Assembly (NCBI GenBank): GCA_012295275.1
Contig: CM022672.1
Span: 22,196,001 to 22,260,000 of the forward strand
Source of the DNA: Chrysomallon squamiferum
Taxonomy: Eukaryota > Animalia > Mollusca
DNA length: 64,000 bases
Direction: 5' to 3'
Below the pieces are notes generated by a model. The model saw only the letters and a program-made list of their open reading frames with translations, did no database searches and was not told the DNA's origin. Position numbers and translations under genes: made by a program. Positions 41,572 through 55,666 of this stretch are shown here, in pieces. The first letter of the stretch is position 1, and every line of letters starts with the position of its first letter.

Positions 41572-42864
41572 TTTTCCCAGTAAAACAATGCTTTGAACTA
41601 ATCTAAAAACTAAAATTAATCAGGCAGTTTCCACGATTCTTTACCTCTGTGGCCAAATGCATCCCCAAATGGCTACGTTGTTGTTCCGGCAGAGCAGTAA
41701 TTAAACGTGCAAAAAGATTGAATCTGACACCAAAAAAAGAACATTTTTTACATGACCATCACTGGAGACCTTTTATCTGGCATTTAGATCACATGACATT
41801 TAAATGTTCGTTTTTATTTTATTTATTTATTTATTTATTTATTTATTTTTCTCTCGCGGGTTTTCGATAATTGCACTGATTAATATGTGAAATATAGTAA
41901 ACGACAACAGCAAAGACACCTTAAAGCGTGTGGAACCTTTCTGTTGCATTTTTGTTTTTCACAGTAAAACAGAATTAGGCTAATATTTCATGATTCAAAT
42001 CGAAAATGATGATGACCGTGATAGAAACGATCATTCGTAATGTTTTGAATGATTACAAAGACGCCCGTAATTTTGACAGTAATGATGATGACCATCATCA
42101 TCATCATCATCATCATGAAAACAACGCCAAGGCAGCAATAGCAGTAGAAACATGCTATAAATTGTAGCTGTGACTGCTGTGGATGCTGTTGTGAAGGTAA
42201 CGTGCTCAAGCTGGAAATAATTTTATTGTCGTATCATAGAAAAAGTTGTAAGACAAACGGTAAATAAATAAATCAAAAAATGAAATATCTTCAAACAAGA
42301 AAGAAATGAAACAAATATTTGAATCAGTTAAGTCGATATATTTATTAAGTAAATTAAACGAAACTAAACTAATTGGCTACTGACATTTAAAACATGACCT
42401 AGGAGAAAAAAAACATGTTTTATAATCTTTTTGCATTTTTAGGTGCGTGTTTCTGGATCAGAAAATGACTTTAATGTTCAATTTTATAAGACACGTTATT
42501 ATAACAAATCATGACAACCATAATTTTTATGTTATTATTTTCTTTTCTTCTTCTTTTTTCTGTTCCATTTCCTAATTATTATGAAGCATATTAAATTAAT
42601 TTCGGAACTTTGTAATTTTCGTAATTTTGTAAAATTAAACAGAAAAAATCATTTTAGAGCAAAAACGGCTGTAATAATTATTTTGAATTTAGTTTCAATG
42701 CAAATCAATCGACAGTGTTCATCTATTGTATGTCGACATTTCGTCGATAGTAAAACAAACAACAGAACATATACTGTTTAAAAAATCGACTGTTTTTAAA
42801 CACCCTGAAGCTATTATAATTACATCACAACTCAGTATGTGTTTAGATACATGCGTATGTATAT

Positions 42865-42901
<37 letters not shown>

Positions 42902-42907
42902 TTTATA

Positions 42908-42944
<37 letters not shown>

Positions 42945-43633
42945 CCTTAACTTTTCATAATACTGTTTATCATTCCTCTAAGCAATGTCCATATATATAT
43001 AATCTTCATCTTTAAACACCCACCCAAATAATCAACTCTTTATTTATCTTATAAAGCTAGATTATCTATTGCCGTATAAAATACCCAAACAGCAGCCAAA
43101 TGACCTGCAAACGACTCCTACGGCTGTTATTTTCACATACAACTCCTCAGTTTAGTGACGATTATAAAGCTAATTTTTTTTGTTTTGTACAGTCCTCTGT
43201 ATAATGAGTTAATATATATGCGTTTGTTTTAAAGGTCTTGTTGCTGAATCTGCAGTTGCGTTCTGTCGCACCTATAAAATGAAAAAATGTTAATTGTGTG
43301 TGCAGCTGACAAGCTCGTGCGTTTTGTTTGCAGGATCATACAGTTATTGGATTCCACCGTTCCAGTGGTTTGACAGGTAATACAGGGATAAATTAATGCG
43401 CTCGAAAACAATATCTACGTGTACGTCGTTATTAAAATAATTTGTATGAAGAGCCTTCCCCCGCAGGCTGGATAACAATTGTATTGTTGTTTTAGTCGTT
43501 ATTTTTATCAGTGGTGTTATGCTGCTGTTGCTGAGATTGTTATTGTTGTGGTGGTGGTGGTGGTTGTTATTGTTGTTGTTGTTGTTGTCGTTATCGTTAT
43601 CGTTGTTGTTCTTACTGGTATTATCACTCTTGC

Positions 43634-43682
<49 letters not shown>

Positions 43683-44779
43683 TATAGTTTATTGTTGCTT
43701 AATTTGAATAGGTTCACTGCATATTTAATTTAAGAATAATAATAAAATAAATAAAGCTGTCTGTTTGACAGGTTATACAAATACTGGGTTATTTGCAGTT
43801 AACTGCATACCTGACCCATAGTGAAGTGGTAATAATAGCATTTCTAAGAAATATATATAGCTTTTATAGCATTTTCATTTCTCTTTAATATTATTTATTT
43901 ATTTAACGTGATAAATATAATAATATATATAATTACGGCATCCTCATTATTATTAATCCTATTTTGCTTTTTAGTGCATTTTAATTGTGGGTTTTGTTGT
44001 TGTTGTTGTTGTTGTGTGTGTGTGTGTGTATGTGTGTCTGTGTATATAGTTTTGTTTTATTTTTTATTATTTTGTTTTATTTTATTGATTATTATTTAAC
44101 TATATTACAAAATTAAATTCAATATTAAAACACACGGACATATATATTTAAAATACTGGAACATATCTCGAAGTATTTTCAAAAAATTATTTTATTCCAC
44201 GTTCAAATATCGTCTTATCAGTAAAACTGGACTTTGTTTTTAATTACCTCGCTTCTGGAATAAAATGATTTAACCATTTTACTTTCTTGCTTTGTTTTCA
44301 AATGTCACTTTGCCCTAAAGGCCATGGATCCAAAACGACGATGATCAAGACATCGTTGTTATAAAAACAAAATCAGAACACTCCTTTATTTATTTTTGTT
44401 TTGTTTTTACTAGAATCACAAGTCTTAATTGTGTGCATAATTCACAGACAGGGAATAAAATGGTGATATAATTTTTGAAATAAACAGACTGTTAGTATTT
44501 GTTGCCAACCAAAGATTTTATGACTGTCCAAATTTCGTAATAATTATAATTAAGGTGAACTTTAAAATAATCGACAGATTCTGACTGATGGTTATTTGTT
44601 ATTACTGATAAAGTGGGCTATGTTTCCTTCAGAACGGTAATTTGTGGTTATTATCGGAATGCCGTTTTAATGCGTCTAAAATTGACATGATTAATTATAT
44701 AACGTTCAGAGGTTTTGTTTCTGTGTAATGAGACTGCAATGTCACGAGACAGTGTAAGTGATACAGATATCTGTAAAAT

Positions 44780-44814
<35 letters not shown>

Positions 44815-44816
<2 letters not shown>

Positions 44817-44865
44817 TTCTGTGTGTGTCTGTGTGTGTAATCAGTTATTAGTTTGGTCGCTATGT

Positions 44866-44930
<65 letters not shown>

Positions 44931-45176
44931 TGTGTGTGTGTGTGTGTGGTTCTCTGTGTGTGTCTGTGTGTGTAATCAGTTGTTAGTTTGGTCGCTATGT
45001 ACGTGTGTGTGTGTGACTGTGTGAGTGTGTGTGTGTGTGTGTGTGTTCTGTGTGTGTCTGTGTGTGTAATCAGTTGTTAGTTTGGTCGCTATGTACGTGT
45101 GTGCGTGTGTCTGTATGAGTGTGTGTGTGGCTCTGTGTGTGGCTGTGTGTGTAATCAGTTGTTAGTTTGGTCGCTA
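44815..45176. repeat. Four-copy minisatellite with constant core and variable (GT)n linker
   Basis: AATCAGTTRTTAGTTTGGTCGCTA(TGTACG) at 44839, 44974, 45068 and 45153 (spacing 135, 94, 85). Confidence 0.93.
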
Positions 45177-46506
45177 ATGGATTCTAAATTGAGTCTCAGA
45201 CATCTAAAACATTTGACTCTTGTCTCGGCGGGTTACGTAAGCGAAGGTGAACGCGAAACACTAAACGCACTTGACGGCAGTAATGGCGTTTCCCAGCCGC
45301 AAATTCAATCACGAGGATTTTGAGTGATCTATTGGCAGTGGTGACATTAATTGGAATGGATTTACACATGCTGTATTTGTCCGGCGCCTGGAACCGGTCA
45401 GATTAGCAGATCGCATCACTCAGGACTACCAGAGACCTCTTTCCTAGTGTGGACATTGAATTAGACTGGTCGTCATCCAAAAAAAAAAAAAGAAATTATG
45501 ATGGTGACTAGTCTTAGCTTCAGAAGTTGTAGTTTATTTATTTAAGTGTAAAGCTGAGATGTCTCTAAGAAAATAAGATAATTTTAGGAAGAAAAAGGTT
45601 ATCTTTTAATACGAACACTTTCAGCTAATATCTCTTCTACACAGTATTTAAATACGGCAATGTCGGAGGCATGTTTACCAATGTCTGCGTTCTTAAGAAT
45701 TCTGTTGATAATTTCGATCTGTTTTTAATTTTCTCGTTGATAAGTTCGTTGACTACCTCTTCTAATACATGTTCCAAATTTAAATTATCTTTATCTATAA
45801 AAAAAAAAAAAAAAAAAAATTCGACAAATACAAATTGAGCACGAAGGCAACACACTCATTAATCTTTCTCAATCTCTTTTTGAAAAAAAAAAAAAAAGTG
45901 TTTTATTCGTCTGTGAATCTTGTAATCAGCCTCGATCTGATCTTATCTCTTTTTTTTTTTTTTTTTTTTTTATCTCTCATCGTATTCTTGTCAGCATTTT
46001 CCTCCTTTGGTGTCAGAGCACTTTGTTCATCTCTTTATCAGTAGCGTGTTGCAAATCAATCGTAAGCGATCGAATTTGGTTTCCATTCGATTATCTGCGA
46101 CATCCAGTGCAGATAACACACACGAAATGGACCTCTAATTGGTAATAGCTGTCAGGGAGCATGTCAGCCATGTGTAAACGTAATCTTTTGCAACCGATAT
46201 TCCTCTTAGCTTTGATTTAGTGTTCCGTTATTGAGACAGTGTAACGTACGTGTTTTCTTAAACAAGCCGTTGATTGTTTAAATAATATCAGGGTGTTTTA
46301 GGTGGGTTTTTTTTTTTTTTAATGTATTTAATTATCTTTTCATCCACAAATAATATCACCTTCTAAATGACGTGATACAGAATCACGATCTTTATTTTAG
46401 TTATCAGAAATTAGCTGAGAAAATGTGTTCTTGAAATAAATCACCGAATAAATGTTTTTTACTATGACCTTTGTCTTAAGCATTCTTTACCTATCTCTTT
46501 CTATAA

Positions 46507-46537
<31 letters not shown>

Positions 46538-47645
46538 TCTAAATGAAAAGTTTCTAAAGAGTACAAACATTAAGAACAAAATGTCTATATCGATTGTTAA
46601 ATGTTTTATTATATGTCATCATTTTGCCAACTCTCCGTTTTAGCGTATACACATTCCAGTTAAAAATACTTAGAACCAAATCCAAAATAAATTAATTCAT
46701 TCAATATCTGAAACCAAAACGAATTTCTAGATTTACCGTCTTTATTTCTACATCCTCAGTAAGAAAAGTGTGTGTGTGTGTGTATAAATATATAGATATC
46801 ATTAATCGTTATCAAAAACTGTTTCTCCTAAATGGCCTTAAAATATGTATGAAAAATCCGTTGCCATGACTAATGAAGCAGAACAAAGCGAAAAGACGCG
46901 AAGTGAAAGAGTTTATTTCTGTAAGAAATCGATGTGAAATTTAACGTCACCACTCGATGTTTGTTGTGTTTGCGCCACGTGAAGACTAATCAGAATTTCA
47001 TTTTGTTTCATAATGCAACGGAAATTTGCAGCGCGACTTTTTGAAGTAAACTTTTATCTCGAATGGCCAAAAAGAATAGTTAAAAACAAAACAAAATAAT
47101 CAAAAGCTCGTGTACCTTTTTTTTATGTCTTTATCCTTTTTTTTTTTTTTTTTTTTCCAGTTATTTTTATTATTACTATTATGTTGCATTAATCATATTT
47201 CTAATTGCAATATAGAGTTTAAAAGTGTTTAATTAAAAAAGAGTATGTGTGTGTGTCTGTATGTGTGTCTGTATGTGTGTGTGTGTGTCTGTGTGTGTTT
47301 GTGGTTACGTCAGCCTATCTTTCTGTATGTAATGAATGATTATAATTGTTAGTGTATCTTGAATGTGTGGGTGTGTTCGTAAATCGTCATAATAAGTATT
47401 CATCATCAGTATTTTCACATACAGGTCTAATGATCTGAATATTCGAGCCGTGCATATTCCTGTGTCTGCATGTGTAACTGTGTTTATACATGGTATTGTG
47501 TGGAAGATAATATCTTGAATCACTGTACACGAAGGAATGTCTCAGTCTGAGTGATTTCCGTGGATTATAAGTATTTCAGCGTACGATGAGATTAAGCACA
47601 TCCGTGCCAATAACCATAAAACTTTTATATACTCTGCTGTAAAAA

Positions 47646-47945
47646 TAGTTTCTGAAGGGTAAGAACATTAAAATGGAAATGTCCATGTACGCTGCTACAT
47701 ATATACACACACGCACATACACATGCAAATACACACACATGCACACACATAAATACTTTCTGAAGAGTAAAACCACTAAAATGGAAATGTCCATGTACGC
47801 TGCTACATATACACACACGCACATACACACACACATGCACACACATAAATACTTTCTGAAGAGTAAAACCACTAAAATGGAAATGTCCATGTACGCTGCT
47901 ACATATACACACACGCACATACACATGCAAATACACACACATGCG
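47646..47945. repeat. Three-copy tandem repeat, 96-108 bp unit with CA-rich variable part
   Basis: ATGGAAATGTCCATGTACGCTGCTACATATA at 47673, 47781 and 47877. Confidence 0.95.
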
Positions 47946-48495
47946 CACATTCGCACACACATTATACGTATAAACACATACGCAAAAGTTTGGAAGATGC
48001 AGTTTTATTTTGTATAAGAAGAAACTGTACACGAGGACTTGAATAGTAGAAATTTACGTTAAAAAAATTACATTATTATACATCTGTATTCCTGTCTATG
48101 CGTAAAATATAGTTACAGAATTGTATATATATATATATATGTATATAAAAAAATAAAAAAATAAAACCTAGAAAACACAGTGCACAGTTATTTTCATAAC
48201 GGTTAAGAAACATGTGAATTCAATCAAGTTTGCTTCCTTCGTCCGCTGATCCAGAAACTTCTCACTCGAGCAGGCAATGGGGTGAAAACGCCAACAAATC
48301 AAAGATCAATAGCGGTTCAATAAATTAATCAGAGGTCTTTATCACAGGTAACCAGCGTTTGTCATTCCTGACAGGTCAGGGACAATGATTTCCCAGGGGC
48401 GGGAGTGGAAAAATTAAAGAGGGGTAGTGGAAAAATGTCACAAGTACTTTTTTTTTCTTCTTTTTTTTTAAATGTTTTTTTTTTGTGTGTGTGTG

Positions 48496-48605
<110 letters not shown>

Positions 48606-48999
48606 TAAAAAATTATATCTTATTTCTTATTATTTTTATTTCTGTAGGTTTCTTTATATATGTGTGTTTCTGACTGTCTATCTGTCTGTCTATATGTCTG
48701 TCTGTTTCTATTTTAGGGGTATAAAGATTGGTAATTATTTTATTTCTTTGAAATGCGTGTATTTCAAAAATATGTTTTAATTAGGTTAAACTATAGAGTA
48801 TGTGTTATTTTTACTTTCTGTCTATCATGATATCTGCACATTTGTGTATTTTCATTTGCCTTTTGGAATTTACACTATGTGAATGTACCATTTTGTCATT
48901 TTTTCATCGTCATAAACAAATAATTATATTTTTGTAATGTGTTGAAAGTTTAATTCCTTATTAGACGTATTTTATTAATTTATTATTTATTTATTTATA

Positions 49000-49050
49000 C
49001 ATCTGTCTGTCTATTGTCTATCTATTAATGTATATATATGTATCGATCTG

Positions 49051-49092
<42 letters not shown>

Positions 49093-49370
49093 CATCCATT
49101 TAGGTATTTACCTACTTAATCATATCATTCTTATTTAATATGGAAATGCCCAGATAATATGAACTTTATATATCCTTAATTGCATGTATATTTGTATACT
49201 TATCTGTCTCTTTATTTATTTATTTATCTGTATATCTATCTATGCGTATAGCTATCTATCTGTCTGCCTATCTATATCTATCGGTCTATCTGTCTATCTA
49301 CCTATTTATCTATCTTTATATCTTCTATCTATCTGTCAGTCTGTCTGTCTATGTATCTATCTTCTATCTA

Positions 49371-49401
<31 letters not shown>

Positions 49402-49463
49402 TCTGTCTACCTGTCCTCTCTCTGTCTGTCTGTCTATGTATCTATCTTCTATCTATCTATCTA

Positions 49464-49495
<32 letters not shown>

Positions 49496-49545
49496 TCTAT
49501 CTATCTGTCTGTATGTCTGTCTATCTATCTATCTTCTATATATCG

Positions 49546-49581
<36 letters not shown>

Positions 49582-49660
49582 TCTATCTATCAATCTGTCT
49601 GACTATCTATCTATTTTCTACCTATCTATCTATATGTCTGTCTTACTATCTATATATCTA

Positions 49661-49691
<31 letters not shown>

Positions 49692-49905
49692 TTTATCTAT
49701 CAATCTGTCTATCTATCTATTTTCTATCTATCTATCTATGTCTGTCTTTCTATCTATATATCTGTCTGTCTGTCTGTCTATCTATCCATCTATCTTTATA
49801 TCTTCTATCTATCTATCTATCTGTCTATCTGTCAGTCTATCTACCCATGTATCTATATTCTATCTATATGTCTGTCTGTCTGTCTACATATCTGATCTAT
49901 CTATC
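49000..49905. repeat. (ATCT/GTCT)n array, ~900 bp, with recurring TATCTTCTATC interruptions
   Basis: Longest SSR region in the window. It produces the 282-aa spurious ORF. Confidence 0.95.
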
Positions 49906-50623
49906 TGTTCTTTCTGTCATTTTTCACACCTTGTCGTATGTCCTTCGTTTTACCTACAGCATGATTATCTATTTCAAATTGTTAATTACACTGGCGAGTG
50001 CATGTCCATTGTCGGCTTATTCCCAGCTGTAGAATACGTTGAGTACATAACGCGATATTTGAAGTGACGGCTCCGAGGTATTTCCCGCGTGTGTTCATAT
50101 CTGGAGTGGACCGTATTTGAGATAAAAGCGAGTTTAATCCGATAAAAGTTCTAATCTCGACTGATTTCCCTTCTGGAAGTAGAGGATTATTTATTTATCA
50201 TTGCTGTTGTTCTTGTTGTTGCTGTTGTTGTCATCGTTGTCATCGTTGTCATTATTATTGTCATTATTATTGTTATTATTATTACTATTAGTATTACTAC
50301 TACTGCTACTACTACTACTACTACGACAACTACTACGCCAGTACTACTGCTCTACTGCCACTGCTACCATTAGCACCCTAATATTACTGATACTAATATT
50401 AAAACTACAGTCATCATCATCATTATCATAATTACCAGTATTATTATTGCTATTACAACTAGTACTGTACTACTACTACTATTATCAGTACTTCTACTAA
50501 TACTTCTTGTCGTTGTTTATATAAACTAGAAATATAAGCATACCGGCTGAACTATGACTTGTGTAGTTTCTACTAACTGGATGATAAAAATTTGGCAAAA
50601 TAAGCTGTGGAATTCTTAAACTG

Positions 50624-50661
<38 letters not shown>

Positions 50662-51127
50662 GAATTTAGATACAGCAGCGTATATACGAGTAAATACGGT
50701 ATGTTTGAAAAAATAAAGCTAGCTTTTGGATAATATCTTAAATCTTTTTTTTCTCTTTCTCTCAACTGCGACAAATCATAAACTCTCGTCACATGAATAA
50801 TGAGTTTTGTTGGAACTGCCATGGACTCTATGCAGAGGAACTGAATTGAATCAAGCAAGTACTGAAATATGCCATGACGGCACGCAAAAACGAAAAGTCA
50901 GTTATGTCCCAGATCATACACTGATTGAGCCGAGGTCAGTGAGTACGAGTCGAGGCAGGGAACAGCTAAGCAGGTGTAAAATAAATAGAAGTAAATGATT
51001 ATTTTTCTGTTTACTGATGATTTAATTCACCGTGTGTATGTCGTTATGTATTTGGATTATTTTTGAAAATATTCTAGTCTACTTGTTTTTTACATGGGAC
51101 CTGTTGAGACTAAACAATTTTAAAAAA

Positions 51128-51136
51128 ATAATAATA

Positions 51137-51201
<65 letters not shown>

Positions 51202-51430
51202 CATGAAAGACATAAATAAGTAAATAAATAAATAAATAAACAAATAAATAGATAAATAAATGAACAAACAAATAAATAAATAAATAATTCAAATATACGA
51301 ATAAATAAATAAAATAAAATAAAACAAACACATAAACAAATAAATAAAATAAAATGAACAAAAAACAGAAAACAAAGAAATAAATAAACAAATAAACAAA
51401 CAAACAAACAAAATTATAAATAAATAAACT
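51128..51430. repeat. (AAT)n-(AAAT/AAAC)n tract
   Basis: Directly visible. Confidence 0.92.
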
Positions 51431-52284
51431 AGAAGTTAGAACTATTCAGTACACTATAATCGGTCACCATCTCGTTAAATGTTAACAGTATGAATGCATA
51501 GAGTCAAATCCAAATGTAAAATACACAGTACTGTAACAGCTTGAATGAAATTGAGCCCTAGAGTGTGCAGAAACCATTTAACGTATTTCTAATTCAGACT
51601 TATAATTACATTTTCCTAATTATCCTTCGTACAGTTTGAATTAATGTTTACGAGAGCAAAATAGTGAAATTAAAAACAAAAATAGCACCACGCACGAAAA
51701 CCATTCTGTTTGATTACGAAATTTAAATAAATGATAATAATAAAATGAGGGAAATGTTGACTGTCCTGTATTTAAATTAATATGCGTTTTCAATTAATCA
51801 TGGAATTAGTACATTTTAATGTGTCTCATTCAGTAGCGTCACGAACTAAATTAATATTGATATCCCTAAATTCATTTCCAGTTAATAACAGATACAAAAC
51901 GAGATATTTTATCACATATTTCATAAAACAGATAACAGTGACACTGTTCTGTTGCTTTTGCGTTGTTTTGTTTTAGTTTCTCTTTGTTGTCGTATCCATT
52001 TGTTGGGTTTTTTTTGTGTTTCTTTCTTTTTCATTTATTTCATTTTTTTTTTTTTTTTCATTTTCTCTTTTTGTTCTTTGTTTTTAAATTATAGTATCGC
52101 ATGAAATTAATTTATCAGAGAGAATATGGTATTATTTTTTTTTTACTGGAATATAAAACTATCCTTGAGATAAAGCAACAGCTGGGTGAACGAATATATG
52201 GATCTGTTTGTTTGGAGTATCTAATTACATATCTAAATTAGAAATACACGAGAGTTTCTATGATCAGGGAGATAAAGGTGGGCG

Positions 52285-52370
<86 letters not shown>

Positions 52371-53239
52371 TTTTTTGTTTTGAAAGAAGTTTCGGCTTCG
52401 ATACTGAATTTTTTGTTTTTGTTTTGTTTTTTTCGACTTGTTGTTTTTTTTCATTTATATATGTTTATGTATGTCTTCGATGTGTTTGTATGTATTTTTT
52501 TTTTGAATATTTTGATTAGACGGGACATAGACGATTTTCTGGTGCAGAAGGACTTGTTGTTTTTTCTGTTTATTTGTTTAATTTCCATGTTTGTACATTT
52601 GTATATATATACGTAAGCATGTATGTATATATGAATGTATGTATGGATGGACGGATGGATGTGTGTATGTGTCGATCTGTTTATGCATACACGCAAGTCT
52701 GTACATCTGAGAGCTCCAAAAGATAAAGATATCATTACCTCTTTCGGCTAACTCATAATACATCCAACAACACTCGTATGATTCGCATAAAAGAAAGACC
52801 TGTAAGATTTCAGAAAACATCCACTCCATCCCTCGTTCCAACACCCGTGTCGTACAATTAACAAACACACAAAAGCCAGCCTCGTTCTCGTGCAGGTTTT
52901 CAATTATTTGCCAGCATAAAACTGAACGTGATGACTAGCGGTAACGGAAACCTGTTTCACAAATACAATGTAAGCTTCATTACTGATGATTAGGTTTTCG
53001 CAAACGTGAATAATTGTAAAGAAAATAGTATATTAAAAAAATTCGACGCGGGCATCTTGGTAACCATAACGACATGACGGCAGATTTGTAACAGTCTCGT
53101 TGTTGGTAAGATTTGTTTTTCGGTCTAGTTCGTGATTTCAGTGTGAACTTAATTACACGTCTTAGCTGAAAGATGAAGAAGTAAGATATAGAAGCAAAAT
53201 GATATTTTATTTTATGTTATTTTATTTTATTTTATAAAA

Positions 53240-53262
53240 GGTAGATAGATAGACAGTCACAC

Positions 53263-53301
<39 letters not shown>

Positions 53302-53543
53302 CAGACAAACACACAGTCACACAGACACACATATAGATAGGAGAGAGAGAGCGAGAGAGAGAGAGAGAGAAAGAAAGAAAGACAGACAAACAGAAAGACT
53401 GACAAACAGACAAACAGACAGATACATAGATAGATAGACAGATACATACAAACATACATACATACATACATAGAGAGAAAGACAGTCAGAAAGCCAGTCA
53501 GAAAGACAGATGGATAAACAGAAAGACAGACAGATAGACAGAA

Positions 53544-53577
<34 letters not shown>

Positions 53578-53580
53578 ATT
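53240..53580. repeat. (AGAT/AGAC)n compound array
   Basis: Directly visible. Ends ~200 bp upstream of the tRNA. Confidence 0.92.
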
Positions 53581-53759
53581 AATAGATAGCAGTCGCTGTG
53601 TGTATGTTGTTTTTACACGGTATCGGTGATGTCAGTTTTTATCTGAATATATCTGTTTTTGCATTTATATTAATAAAACACCTGACTAAGCTCATACTGA
53701 CTGGACACAGATGTTGCCAGTTCTTGAGATTAGTATTAATATTTGTGTGTATATAAGTA

Positions 53760-53768
53760 TATATAAAA
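53760..53768 (+). promoter_or_regulatory. TATA-like element upstream of tRNA-Cys (possible TFIIIB/TBP site)
   Basis: TATATAAAA lies 16-24 nt upstream of the mature tRNA 5' end. The AT-rich background weakens the call. Confidence 0.4.
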
Positions 53769-53783
53769 GGTGTGATATTAACA

Positions 53784-53855
53784 GGGGATATAGCTCAGTG
53801 GTAGAGCATTCGACTGCAGATCGAGAGGTCCCCGGTTCGAACCCGGGTGTCCCCT
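53784..53855 (+). tRNA. tRNA-Cys-GCA: tRNA-Cys (anticodon GCA), intronless, eukaryotic nuclear type
   Basis: 72-nt cloverleaf read directly. Acceptor GGGGATA/TGTCCCC, D-stem GCTC/GAGC, anticodon stem TTCGA/TCGAG with loop CTGCAGA (GCA at 53816-53818), T-stem CCCGG/CCGGG with loop TTCGAAC. Discriminator U73 is the Cys identity element. A-box TAGCTCAGTGG and B-box GGTTCGAACCC are intact. CCA is not encoded. Confidence 0.97.
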
Positions 53856-53864
53856 ACGTTAAAC

Positions 53865-53881
53865 TTTTATTAATTCTTTTT
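53865..53881 (+). terminator. RNA polymerase III oligo-dT terminator of tRNA-Cys
   Basis: TTTT at 53865-53868 and TTTTT at 53877-53881, 10-26 nt after the discriminator base. Confidence 0.75.
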
Positions 53882-54264
53882 GTGTTCTGCGTTCCTCGCT
53901 CTCGGTCTCTCTCTTTTTTCTTTTCTTTCCTAATCCGTTAAGTAGACCGTGTTCTTCTGAATATCTTAGTACAAAGTAAAGCTTAGACGGAGGAAAAAGT
54001 CTTTGTTTCTGCCAGTCGAATTTTCTTGTCAGAGGACAGTAAGAAAACCTGATTAATTACACTGACCATCCCCACCTTTTATCCCAGCACTTCATCAAAA
54101 TGTCAAATGTCGACTTGGAAATCTCTTAATTTTCGCGCATCCTAAATCAGTAGTATTGTATTACACTGATATCCTTAATGAATTTCTCCTTGTATGTTTT
54201 ATTATTATTTTCTGTTTTTTTCTTTTTTTTTTTTTTTTCGTTTTTATTTTATTTTTATTTTTAT

Positions 54265-54298
<34 letters not shown>

Positions 54299-54615
54299 CA
54301 TTAGATCAGGTATATTTCATTTAAGTTTAATTATTTCAAAATCAAAGAGTTATTTTTAATTCGTTTCAGATGAAAGACAAAAGTGATATTTAATTTATAT
54401 ACTTCCAATATTACGTCATATATATTGTGACGTCACAAAACCTGAAAATTAATACATTAGTATGTAAATTTAAGCAAAAGCGATTGCAGGTACAATGCAG
54501 AATTTAAAAGCAGCGATTACTCAGATTATTTTAGGTGAGATTTACCGAAGACTCTTTCATTGTGGAACAGCAACTTACAGAACTGTATTCCAAACGAATG
54601 TAACAGTAAGATTTC

Positions 54616-54682
<67 letters not shown>

Positions 54683-55069
54683 TGCTGTACTCAAGAAGAA
54701 CATTATTAAATCTAAAGTACAAATTACATTACTTCCTTTATGTCTTAACACAACGGGAGAAGATATCAAAAGATAATTAAAGAAACTGAAAAAAGGGAAA
54801 TGATGACATTAACTGCAGATCACAGCGCAAGGTTTAAATCATCACAGTACGAGGTCGACGCCATCATTGCTACGTAAATGAACTTTTATTTTTTACTATT
54901 CGTTTTTCAAAACCGTGTGTTATTTTCGAGTAAAAAAATATTGTATGCTTGATCGTGCTTCACGCGTGAAAACTAAAGGATGTTATTAAATAACAACTGA
55001 CATTTGAATATTCTTTTGATCATGTGAGCTTTTTGTAAGGTTGACGTAGAAATTTAGTTGCTATGTACT

Positions 55070-55461
<392 letters not shown>

Positions 55462-55606
55462 TATTGACAGTGGAGAATAAAACTGATTATCTCTATTGAT
55501 TAAAAAATTTATAACATTATAAATGGCAACGAAGATAATGAATAACGTGTAATGAGTTACAGAGAGAGGGAGACAGAATGAGAGACAGAGACACAGAGAG
55601 AGAGAC

Positions 55607-55666
<60 letters not shown>

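Noticed and set aside
44815-45176. Possible CRISPR array
   Set aside because: The linkers are homologous (GT)n of unequal length, not unique spacers.
49184-50032. Longest ORF (282 aa) and similar ORFs at 8072-8857, 17625-18237, 28426-28990, 32703-33095 and elsewhere
   Set aside because: These are translations of ATCT/GTCT, CT/GA or ACT microsatellites, which lack stops in several frames on both strands. They have no protein-like complexity.
53784-53940. tRNA-derived SINE instead of a tRNA gene
   Set aside because: All stems and identity elements are intact and a terminator follows immediately. There is no SINE body, tail or TSD.
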